Of a stretch of 34,806 bases of DNA, positions 16,901-24,650 are shown piece after piece; position 1 is the first letter of the stretch, and each line of letters begins with the position of its first letter. The stretch lies in contig BTQM01000003.1 in NCBI GenBank assembly GCA_036985875.1, forward strand, positions 1-34,806, written 5' to 3'. The notes beneath the pieces were generated by a model that did not search any database, was not told where the DNA came from, and saw only the letters and a program-made list of their open reading frames with translations. The DNA comes from Patescibacteria group bacterium (GTDB lineage: Bacteria > Patescibacteriota > Minisyncoccia > Phycocordibacterales > UBA1539). Position numbers and translations under genes: made by a program.

Positions 16901-19473
16901 CATACGATGGGGTGCCGACATCCGCACCACTTTTGCGTATAGAGTATGCCGATATCCCCGACGATGTCACCGTCAGCACCAGCGGCACCCAGACTGCCAG
17001 TCTAGATATCCCCAGCACGAACCAGTATGTGGGGGGCACTTTTGCGATCACAGAAAACACAAGTTCCAGAAATGTCACCGGCATCACCATTACGGAGAAC
17101 GGCACGGTGAACGCTTCAACAAATCTTGACAACATTAAACTGCAGTACGATCTTGATACTACAGCGCCCTACGACTGCGCCTCAGAGTCGTGGGCGTCCG
17201 GCGATAGCCAATTTGGCGCGACCGATACCGACGGGTTCAGCGCCGCCAATGGAACATCAGCTTTTACCGGCACGGCAGCGATCTCCACCACCCAGACGAT
17301 GTGCGTCTATGCGGTGCTGGATGTTCTCTCCGGAGCCGCCAACAATGAAACGGTTGAGATTGAGATCAGTAATCCTTCAACAGAGGTAACCGTAAGCGCG
17401 GGTGCGGTGGGACCGGGTACGGCCGTTGCGCTTTCCGGGACAACTAATTTAAGTACTAATATCTCCCCTAACACCACACAGTCGTTTCAAGACGGAGTTT
17501 CACCCACCGGCAGCTATGCCGGAACAAGAGATACTTATATTCATGACAATCTGCCCACCACGAACAACGGCTCTGCGACCGAGATCCTCGTTGATGGTAG
17601 TGCGTTGGAGCAGTACGGAACCCTTCTCAAGTGGGATATCACCGACATTCCCGCGGGGCAGATAGTTCAATCAGCCGTCATTACGCTCACCAGCTTTAAT
17701 GCTACGAGTGACACCTACTCAGTATATGAAATGCTGCGCAATTGGGTGGAATCTGAAGCCACGTGGGAGATATATGCCACCGGCAGCAGTTGGCAAACAA
17801 ACGGCGGAACGGGTGCGCTTGATAGCGGAACTACGGTCTTTGGCACGATCACCGGAGGAACCGGAGAGAGAACCATCACCTTGAACGCATCCGGAGTGGC
17901 TTTGGTTCAGGGATGGGTGAATAATCCGAGCTCTAATTACGGGTTCTTTATTGAGAATTATCTTGCGACTGACGGCGCGGATTTTCGCTCCAGAGAATAT
18001 GCCACCGCATCCTCGCGGCCTAAGCTTACCGTAACGTACGGTTCTTCCAGTATCGTTGAGAGCAGAGTTTCCCAGTCAAGCGATGACGCCGAAGAGCAGA
18101 ATCCTCCGAGCGGCAGTATGTATCTGACGAGTAGCGATCTTGAATTGATATCGGATGGGTCCACTGATCAGGAAGTCGGCATGCGGTTCCAGAATATAGT
18201 CGTACCCCAGGGAGCGATCATTACGAACGCCTATGTTCAGTTTACCGTTGACGAACTTGATTCGGGTACAACCAACCTTACCATTTACGGTGAGGATATT
18301 GATGTGGCGCCAACGTTCACGACAACCGCCGGCAACATTACGAACAGGACGAAGACGAGCGCTTCGGTTGCGTGGAACAGTGTGCCGGCATGGACGACGG
18401 TTGGCGATGCGGGCACTGACCAACGGACGCCGGATATTACTTCCATTATTCAAGAAATCGTCAACAGGGTGGGGTGGGCAAGCGGCAATTCTCTCGTCGT
18501 TATCATTGACGGTACCGGAGAGAGAACCGCGGAATCATACGATGGGGTGCCGACATCCGCACCACTTTTGCGTATAGAGTACATCAACCCGGGTCTGACC
18601 CAGATCCATTACCGTTGGCGCAATGATGACGGCAATGAGGCAAGCGCCACCTGGGCCGCCCTTGAAGATACTGCTTCTGCCACGATCAATAACACCTTGG
18701 TTAGACTCCGGTTTGAGGTTTCCAATGAAGGGTCAGCTAATTCGACTTCCACCGCTTACCGACTGGAGGTTTCAGGCCCTGATCCCTCCTCCTGCGCTGC
18801 TGCCTCCTATGTGCGGGTGGACTCAAGCAGCGACTGGGATATGGCCACCTCAACCTATTTTGCGGATGGGGATCCCACCACCAATGTCTCGGGCGGACTG
18901 ACGGATGAGAATACCACTTTCCTCGCCGGTGAAATGAAAGAGGCCAATGACATCACTTCAGGCATCGTTTTGACTACCACTGAATTTATCGAGATCGAGT
19001 ATGCGTTCAAGTCAACACCAAGCGCCACGAGTGGTGCCCTCTACTGCTTCCGGCTGACCAATGCCGGCACAGCCATCGATATCTATTCCGCCTACGCCAG
19101 AACCACCTTGGGTGGGTATAAGGCCGTCGGGACGCTCGTCTCCGTGGTGTTGGATACCGGCGTTTCAGATGGCGCGGCTTATAATTCCATTTTGTGGAAG
19201 GGCATAATGCCGGCCGGCACAAAGGTGCGGCTGCAGTTGGCTACTTCCAATAGTTCTTCCGGGCCATGGAGTTACATTAGCGGACCAACCTGCTCGTCGG
19301 GCGATTATTATGAGCCGTTGCCCGACCAGCCGGATGAGATCGGTTGCTTCACTTCTCATAATAACAAGCGGTATTTTAAGTATAGGGTAGAGTTGTGCTC
19401 GTCAACTGACTGTATAACTCCCGGTGGTAACACCCCGATCGTCCAAGACGTCGTCGTGAGTTGGTCACCGTGA
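13996..19473 (+). CDS. Large secreted beta-rich adhesin-like protein (DNRLRE/carbohydrate-binding-like modules), possible PilY1 functional analogue
   Basis: 1825-aa ORF, N-terminal signal peptide, Thr/Ser/Gly-rich; DTYI...LLKWD...W.E.EATW...RPKLTVTY and SSDDAEE...GMRF...APLLRIEY modules; inside the minor pilin operon. Confidence 0.8.
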   Translation: MPKYLHKIFIFIIISAWVFSGYPQIFNFPPEIKVAAAASTFRTTTYELEGTEFSGTTYTLTLNNNLAANYFAMIAGANSQTASRGPDDDGVRVTDDPFGTGSFPGLVSANQIELTRSSSVNNWIGSVTIVECLGDCTTSGFELREVREVVFSDGTANTLQTVTDTLAQAHTSQTVPFGGFFGGGMQTTGTGLSNNEYAVTLGVRIYKSGANQITLERYGAQSRIPRAGTITVYIVEWGSGWTVQNVNVTGTNSGNGINATGEYNTASITSVTRANTWVWAAGHARDDGIGDGAFGQVATLGDGVSQNINETSVAVGAEGGQISPGRDFQVYVMSHPSLAVDYRFKADGNTGSSSGYQELTFAVDSANGSETYDNTSGTVRYTEGYRIPIIYTSSAGGGQAYSRPVWSPRINADTTLLYWRAYAGQPFAAWAQIADFANITFTADDVTVSTSGTQTASLDIPSTNQYVGGTFAITENTSSRNVTGITITENGTVNASTNLDNIKLQYDLDTTAPYDCASESWASGDSQFGATDTDGFSAANGTSAFTGTAAISTTQTMCVYAVLDVLSGAANNETVEIEISNPSTEVTVSAGAVGPGTAVALSGTTNLSTNISPNTTQSFQDGVSPTGSYAGTRDTYIHDNLPTTNNGSATEILVDGSALEQYGTLLKWDITDIPAGQIVQSAVITLTSFNATSDTYSVYEMLRNWVESEATWEIYATGSSWQTNGGTGALDSGTTVFGTITGGTGERTITLNASGVALVQGWVNNPSSNYGFFIENYLATDGADFRSREYATASSRPKLTVTYGSSSIVESRVSQSSDDAEEQNPPSGSMYLTSSDLELISDGSTDQEVGMRFQNIVVPQGAIITNAYVQFTVDELDSGTTNLTIYGEDIDVAPTFTTTAGNITNRTKTSASVAWNSVPAWTTVGDAGTDQRTPDITSIIQEIVNRVGWASGNSLVVIIDGTGERTAESYDGVPTSAPLLRIEYADIPDDVTVSTSGTQTASLDIPSTNQYVGGTFAITENTSSRNVTGITITENGTVNASTNLDNIKLQYDLDTTAPYDCASESWASGDSQFGATDTDGFSAANGTSAFTGTAAISTTQTMCVYAVLDVLSGAANNETVEIEISNPSTEVTVSAGAVGPGTAVALSGTTNLSTNISPNTTQSFQDGVSPTGSYAGTRDTYIHDNLPTTNNGSATEILVDGSALEQYGTLLKWDITDIPAGQIVQSAVITLTSFNATSDTYSVYEMLRNWVESEATWEIYATGSSWQTNGGTGALDSGTTVFGTITGGTGERTITLNASGVALVQGWVNNPSSNYGFFIENYLATDGADFRSREYATASSRPKLTVTYGSSSIVESRVSQSSDDAEEQNPPSGSMYLTSSDLELISDGSTDQEVGMRFQNIVVPQGAIITNAYVQFTVDELDSGTTNLTIYGEDIDVAPTFTTTAGNITNRTKTSASVAWNSVPAWTTVGDAGTDQRTPDITSIIQEIVNRVGWASGNSLVVIIDGTGERTAESYDGVPTSAPLLRIEYINPGLTQIHYRWRNDDGNEASATWAALEDTASATINNTLVRLRFEVSNEGSANSTSTAYRLEVSGPDPSSCAAASYVRVDSSSDWDMATSTYFADGDPTTNVSGGLTDENTTFLAGEMKEANDITSGIVLTTTEFIEIEYAFKSTPSATSGALYCFRLTNAGTAIDIYSAYARTTLGGYKAVGTLVSVVLDTGVSDGAAYNSILWKGIMPAGTKVRLQLATSNSSSGPWSYISGPTCSSGDYYEPLPDQPDEIGCFTSHNNKRYFKYRVELCSSTDCITPGGNTPIVQDVVVSWSP
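15323..18581 (+). repeat. Intragenic tandem duplication: 15323-16946 and 16958-18581 (1624 bp each, period 1635 bp = 545 aa)
   Basis: Identical protein text and identical alternative-frame ORFs offset by exactly 1635. Confidence 0.95.
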
Positions 19474-19474
19474 G

Positions 19475-19639
19475 ATCTTGTAACGTAGAACTCGTAACTT
19501 GAAACGTATAACTTATAACCTGTAACTTGTAACTTATGATACACAACCGACAACCAACAAAATTTATTTGCCACAAGCCTGCCGATAGGCAGGTAGGTTA
19601 TATGTTACGAGTTACGAGTTATAAGATTGGGCGTTACAA
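19475..19639. repeat. Heptamer inverted array element (copy 7, longest)
   Basis: 11 left units TTGTAAC GTAGAAC TCGTAAC TTGAAAC GTATAAC TTATAAC CTGTAAC TTGTAAC TTATGAT ACACAAC CGACAAC; CCTGCC-GATA-GGCAGG; GTTATAT GTTACGA GTTACGA GTTATAA ... GTTACAA. Confidence 0.9.
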
Positions 19640-20132
19640 GCGGGGTGTTGGCCTCCTTGAGCTTCTGCTTTATATTGCTATTCTGGCGATCATCATGGTG
19701 GCGATCGCAAATGTGTTTATCCTGCTCTCCCGCGGGCAGGGGCAGGTGGAGTCGCGTACAGAGATGCATTCCCAACTTCGTTTTTCGCTTGCAAAGATGA
19801 CGCATGATCTGAAAGCGGCCTCTGCGGTGACCTCTCCGGCTTCAACATCCACTGCCACCTCCACGCTTACCATGACAATCGGCGCTGATACCGTAACATA
19901 CGATCTGTCCGCCGGTATTTTGCAACGTACACTCAATACAGGTACTCCGGCGCAGGTCACCACGGATACAATTACCGTGGCAACGTCCACTTTCACAAGG
20001 ATCGAAAATACCAACTCTACTTTAGGAAAAACGCTCGTGGGGATTCAGATAGAAATAAGCGCCGACTATAACAGTATGAGTCCGGGTAGCCAATATTCTG
20101 CGAGCAAGAAAACGACCGTCTTGTTGAGATAA
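19536..20132 (+). CDS. Minor pilin, PilW/GspJ-like (alternative start 19602)
   Basis: KRG|VGLLELLLYIAILAII; LAKMTHDLKAA. Confidence 0.86.
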   Translation: MIHNRQPTKFICHKPADRQVGYMLRVTSYKIGRYKRGVGLLELLLYIAILAIIMVAIANVFILLSRGQGQVESRTEMHSQLRFSLAKMTHDLKAASAVTSPASTSTATSTLTMTIGADTVTYDLSAGILQRTLNTGTPAQVTTDTITVATSTFTRIENTNSTLGKTLVGIQIEISADYNSMSPGSQYSASKKTTVLLR

Positions 20133-20134
20133 TA

Positions 20135-20626
20135 ATGAGCATGAACACATCATCTAAAAAACAAAACAGGATACCTCTCATCACCCGTGGTGTCGCCTCG
20201 CTTCTTGCGGTGGTTACACTTGCGCTTTTTGTGTTGGTTGTGGGTTTCAGTATCACCACGTTGAGTGTAAGCGAAAGTCTTGTTTCCATTGGTACCTCGC
20301 AATCTGGAAAAGCGTTTATGTACGCGGAGGACGCCGTGGCGGACGCGCTCCTGCGGATCGCCAGAAAAAATGACTATGTCTGCGACAGTCCCTCACTTCC
20401 TACGGGGTGCTACCCCATTGACTTTGTTTCCGGTGGCTGTGCGAACAACGAAGGGTGTGCGCGGGTGACAGTCTCTTCGGGCGTTGGGTCAAGCGGAAAC
20501 CCGAAAGTCATTGAAGTGGAAGGGCGCGTGAAAGACAATATAAGGAAAATAAAAGTGACTGTGGAATACGGTAGTGCGCTCTACGGCGAGATCGCCACGA
20601 GCACGTGGCAGGAGATCGGGGAGTAG
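20135..20626 (+). CDS. Minor pilin, PilX/GspK-like
   Basis: RG|VASLL without Glu5 (typical of PilX/GspK); KAFMYAE..V.DALLRI; C-terminal WQE. Confidence 0.83.
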   Translation: MSMNTSSKKQNRIPLITRGVASLLAVVTLALFVLVVGFSITTLSVSESLVSIGTSQSGKAFMYAEDAVADALLRIARKNDYVCDSPSLPTGCYPIDFVSGGCANNEGCARVTVSSGVGSSGNPKVIEVEGRVKDNIRKIKVTVEYGSALYGEIATSTWQEIGE

Positions 20627-20716
20627 CTTTTCCAGGGTAATTGGCGAGTTTTTGGTATAGTGGGGAAACGAGCATTGTTTGTTCTGTTACTTTATTATTA
20701 TTTCAATGAAATCATC

Positions 20717-22048
20717 ATGAAAGATATTGAGCTGAAATATAAGGAAACATCTCTCGTGAGCCTACAGGCGCTCGCGGATGCTGCCGAAACGCTTTCTCCT
20801 TATATTGCGCGTCTGCGCGAGGTGTCGGAAAGTGAAGAATATGACACGCCGGAGGCGTTCATCAATCTCCCTTTTGACCGAGATATTGTCGGCGTGGTCA
20901 AGGAAGCTGCGGGAAAAGCGGGAGGTAAGGAACTGTCATACATTATTGTTGTCGGTATCGGCGGCTCTAACTTGGGGACGCTCGCTGTCTATGATGCTCT
21001 GCGTGGGAAACTTGACGCGTTTAGAAGCACTCCGATGCCTAAGATAATTTTTGCCGATACGAACGACCCTGATCTGCTTGCCGACATCCAAAGCATCTTG
21101 GGGGAGCACATCAACTCTCCCGAGCAGATCCTCGTGAACATTATCAGCAAATCGGGAACTACCACGGAAACCATCGCTAATTTCGAGGTTCTCTACGGCA
21201 CTCTCAAGGAGCGTTTCGGAGAGGAGAGTGCAAAGAAGCGCGTAGTTGTTACCACCGATCGTGGTTCCAAACTCTGGAGTGAGGCACAGAGGGAGGGCTT
21301 CGCCCTTTTGGAAATACCGCAACAGGTGGGCGGAAGATATTCTGTATTCTCCGCGGTGGGACTTTTCCCACTTTCGTTGGCGGGTATGGATATTGACGCG
21401 CTGTTGGAAGGCGCTCGCGTGATGCGCGACAAGTGCCTCTCGGAGGGTGTGGAGGAAAACCCCGCGCTTCTCTCTGCCGCGCTGATACACCTCCACTATA
21501 AGGCGGGGATATCCATTCATAACAGTTTCTTTTTTAATTCACAGCTTGAGTCACTGGGCAAGTGGTATCGGCAGCTTTTAGGAGAGAGTATCGGGAAAAA
21601 GCACAATGCGAAAGGAGAAGAGGTACGCGTTGGGATCACCCCTATTGTTTCCATGGGACCCGCCGATCTTCATTCTATGGCGCAGCTCTATCTCGGCGGG
21701 CCGAAAGACAAGTTCACCACGTTCATGTATACGCCGGAGAGCGAGCGGAGCGTGCGCGTGCCCGAGGATACGGCGTTTCCCGCTTTGGCAGAGAGTGTTG
21801 CGGGGAAATCCTTGACGGAGATCATGAGAGCTATTTTTAGCGGCACAAAGGAGGCGTATCGCAAGGGAGCCTTCCCTTTCATGGAAGTAGTTCTTCCGGA
21901 CATTTCGGAGGGGAGCTTGGGGCAGTATCTCCAGTTCAAGATGATGGAGATGATGTTTTTGGCACGCCTCTTGGGTGTGAATGCGTTTGACCAGCCCGCC
22001 GTAGAGGATTACAAGTCAGAAACACGGCGCATATTGAACGGCTCATAG
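20717..22048 (+). CDS. pgi: Glucose-6-phosphate isomerase
   Basis: GIGGSNLG, ISKSGTTTET, VGGRYSVFS, QLLGESIGK, DLHS, NAFDQPAVEDYK; ATG at 20717. Confidence 0.96.
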   Translation: MKDIELKYKETSLVSLQALADAAETLSPYIARLREVSESEEYDTPEAFINLPFDRDIVGVVKEAAGKAGGKELSYIIVVGIGGSNLGTLAVYDALRGKLDAFRSTPMPKIIFADTNDPDLLADIQSILGEHINSPEQILVNIISKSGTTTETIANFEVLYGTLKERFGEESAKKRVVVTTDRGSKLWSEAQREGFALLEIPQQVGGRYSVFSAVGLFPLSLAGMDIDALLEGARVMRDKCLSEGVEENPALLSAALIHLHYKAGISIHNSFFFNSQLESLGKWYRQLLGESIGKKHNAKGEEVRVGITPIVSMGPADLHSMAQLYLGGPKDKFTTFMYTPESERSVRVPEDTAFPALAESVAGKSLTEIMRAIFSGTKEAYRKGAFPFMEVVLPDISEGSLGQYLQFKMMEMMFLARLLGVNAFDQPAVEDYKSETRRILNGS

Positions 22049-22075
22049 CTAGCTTACCGGGGTGTTGCGGGGTCG

Positions 22076-22084
22076 TGTGGATAA
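22076..22084 (-). promoter_or_regulatory. Consensus DnaA box
   Basis: TGTGGATAA exact reverse complement, upstream of the second signalling module. Confidence 0.5.
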
Positions 22085-22148
22085 GTGAGAAGCCACAAGC
22101 TCCTATTTTTCTGTTAGAATGGTAATGTTGTCCTATAATCCTTTTCCA

Positions 22149-22514
22149 ATGTTTAAAATATCCATCATTATAAGTTTGCTGTTGCCGAGCGTCTCATTTG
22201 CGCAGGACGCGTATTCGGGGGCGACGCTTATTTTGAGCTCCTATTCTTTCATAAGCGCTATTGCGGTGGGTATTCTGACGAGCATCATGGTGCTTATTAA
22301 TGCGAGAAAAATGAAAGGGGGAATTTTTGGAAGCGTGCTGTATTATATAGGGGTGGGAATGCTTTTTGTTATAGGAGGATTTGCCGCCTCCTTTCTTTCC
22401 TTGGAGTTCCCTGTGTATGTCACGAACATGTTGCGTGACATACTCTTTATCGCCGGGTATGTAATAATGGCAATTGGAGCAGGTAAACTTTTTCACATTA
22501 CCAGAGGGAATTAA
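22149..22514 (+). CDS. Small hypothetical membrane protein (signal-like N-terminus plus ~3 TM)
   Basis: Hydrophobic ORF, KMKGGIFG loop, first gene of the kinase operon. Confidence 0.75.
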   Translation: MFKISIIISLLLPSVSFAQDAYSGATLILSSYSFISAIAVGILTSIMVLINARKMKGGIFGSVLYYIGVGMLFVIGGFAASFLSLEFPVYVTNMLRDILFIAGYVIMAIGAGKLFHITRGN

Positions 22515-22520
22515 ATAACT

Positions 22521-22790
22521 ATGGGAGAACAAGAACAATACAAAGCGCTCATTGCGGAGATCGTCGCCAAACAAACCGTGATATTGGGTCCCAAGATCGC
22601 TATTTTGAAGGCGCGCAATGTTGAGGGTCTTGTCGTCTCAGATGATGGTAGCGTAATCGAAGTAAAGGGAAATCCAGATAAGGTACTCCAGCAATTGATC
22701 GACCAGTACGTTGAACTATCCGGACAAATAGTGAAAAATGCGCTCGGTACGATATTCGCGAAATATCCGGCGATAAAGCAGACCGAGTAG
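22521..22790 (+). CDS. Small soluble hypothetical protein of the kinase operon
   Basis: 89-aa ORF tightly spaced between the membrane protein and the kinase. Confidence 0.78.
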   Translation: MGEQEQYKALIAEIVAKQTVILGPKIAILKARNVEGLVVSDDGSVIEVKGNPDKVLQQLIDQYVELSGQIVKNALGTIFAKYPAIKQTE

Positions 22791-22838
22791 TTTACTGCTA
22801 GAACTTGCTCCTGCCAAAACCTCATTTTTTGAAATGAA

Positions 22839-24578
22839 ATGCAAACTATTGTAGTTATTGTTGTTATATCCGCCTCGTTGCTTATTGCAGGTTTTTCTTA
22901 TTTGCGTGCAAAGTCTCTCGGCAAGGAGGCAAGGAAGAAAGAAGAGCAGGTGAGACATCGGATGTATGAGCTTGCGATCTTGAAAGAGATCAGCGACCGT
23001 ATCGGTTATTCTTTGAACGTAGAGAAGATAGTTGATATTATTACCGCTTCCCTAGAGCAGTTCATCCCCCATAGCGCGGCATCTTATATGCTTCTGGGGC
23101 CCGGAAAGATCTTATTCAAAGTGAATCTAAGGAAACCTGTTTCTCCGCTCTTTATTGATGAGGTGCGAGGCAGGATGCTGGACTCGCTCTCCGCGCTCTT
23201 GGAGAAAGATCTTTCCAGAGTGAGTGTTGAAGCCACAGTGGTGGGTGTTTTGACCGACGAGGAAGCGGCGGAATCAGTGAATTCTTTTTTTAACATACCC
23301 CTTGTGATCGGTGGAAATGTTGTTGGCGTACTCACGGTGGCGGATAGTGCAGAGGGGCTCTACAAAGAAGAGGAGATGACGCTCCTCTACAAGATCGTCG
23401 GACAGGCCTCCCGGGCGGTAACCCGTTTGGAGGAGGTGGTGAAGACGGAACAGAGGAAACTTTCCGCGATGGTGGAGAGCATGGCAGACGGGGTGGTAAT
23501 GATCGATAAGGATTATCGAGTGTTGGTTGCGAATCCGTCCGCGAAACGCATCGTGGGTTTTCTGGCGGAAGAAAAGCCGACAATCTTTGATTTCATTGAT
23601 GCTTTGACAGGAGTGTTTGACATAAAAGGAAAACTCGAAGAAGCGTTAAAGACCGGCAACACTCTTGCGATGGACAATGTGGCAGTTGGTGAACGTGTTT
23701 TTCATATTTTGATCTCACCAGTAAGTGGGCACGGGACGAAAAAAACGGAGTTATTTGGCGGAGTGGTAATCTTTCACGATATTACGTATGAAAAAGAGCT
23801 TGAGCAGATGAAAGAGGACTTTATTTCCATGATGGTTCACGAGCTTCGCTCTCCTTTGGACGGCATTAAAAAAATGAGCGAGTTTATGGGAGTGGATCCT
23901 GCGATAAGGGAAGATGAAAAGAGATATAGGGAATATATCAAGCTGATACACGAAGGTTCTTCAGAAATACTTGAGTTGGTAAACGATCTTCTTTACGTTG
24001 CGAAAATAGAATCCGGTAAGTTCGACGTTGATGTGGAACTTGCGGACATAAAGGATATCATCAAGCAGAGAATACGGTTTTTTGAAACTACAGCCAAAGA
24101 TGCTAGAATAGAATTAACCTCGCTTTTTGACAAAAACGCAAAGAGTGAGATACGCATTGACCCGCTTCGAATATCTCAAGCACTCAACAATCTCATCTCA
24201 AACGCGCTCAAATTTACGAAGCCGGGCGGAAGCGTAGTTGTGCAGGTGCTTGCGCACAAGCAGGGGCAGTCTATAGAGAGCGAGGCACAGAAGGTGGGAA
24301 TCAAGTGGTTTCTGAAAGACAAAGAAGAGAAATTGAAAAATTATCCGGACGCCCTTTTCATTGCGGTAACTGATACAGGTGAAGGAATATCAAAGAGCAA
24401 TATGGGGAAATTATTTAATAAGTTCAAGCAATTTGAATCCGTCGTGCGAAGCGGAAGACGCGGGACGGGGCTAGGCCTTGTCATCGCGAAAGGAATTATT
24501 AAAGCACATGGCGGTATTATAGGTGTGGATTCGGAGGAGGGGACAGGAAGCACGTTTTATTTTATACTTAAATCGTAG
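22839..24578 (+). CDS. Histidine kinase (TM-GAF-PAS-HisKA-HATPase)
   Basis: GAF (IPLVIGGNVVGVLTV), PAS (SMADGVVMID...ANPSA), HELRSPL, NLISNALKFT, DTGEGI, GTGLGL. Confidence 0.94.
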   Translation: MQTIVVIVVISASLLIAGFSYLRAKSLGKEARKKEEQVRHRMYELAILKEISDRIGYSLNVEKIVDIITASLEQFIPHSAASYMLLGPGKILFKVNLRKPVSPLFIDEVRGRMLDSLSALLEKDLSRVSVEATVVGVLTDEEAAESVNSFFNIPLVIGGNVVGVLTVADSAEGLYKEEEMTLLYKIVGQASRAVTRLEEVVKTEQRKLSAMVESMADGVVMIDKDYRVLVANPSAKRIVGFLAEEKPTIFDFIDALTGVFDIKGKLEEALKTGNTLAMDNVAVGERVFHILISPVSGHGTKKTELFGGVVIFHDITYEKELEQMKEDFISMMVHELRSPLDGIKKMSEFMGVDPAIREDEKRYREYIKLIHEGSSEILELVNDLLYVAKIESGKFDVDVELADIKDIIKQRIRFFETTAKDARIELTSLFDKNAKSEIRIDPLRISQALNNLISNALKFTKPGGSVVVQVLAHKQGQSIESEAQKVGIKWFLKDKEEKLKNYPDALFIAVTDTGEGISKSNMGKLFNKFKQFESVVRSGRRGTGLGLVIAKGIIKAHGGIIGVDSEEGTGSTFYFILKS

Positions 24579-24650
24579 CCCCTGTTTCTTTATTGGCGCA
24601 AACAAGAATGTAAAATAAATTTTAATAAATCTTAAAGTTGAGAAAATACC

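Noticed and set aside
15323-18581. Diversity-generating retroelement template/variable repeat pair
   Set aside because: Copies look identical, are far too long and show no adenine-specific mismatches; no reverse transcriptase in the window
19475-19639. CRISPR array
   Set aside because: Units are 7-nt degenerate tandem repeats without unique 25-45-nt spacers; no cas genes
8079-19639. Bona fide integron cassette array
   Set aside because: No integrase, left ends do not fit RYYYAAC, arms are multi-unit and flank core pilus genes; kept only as an analogy
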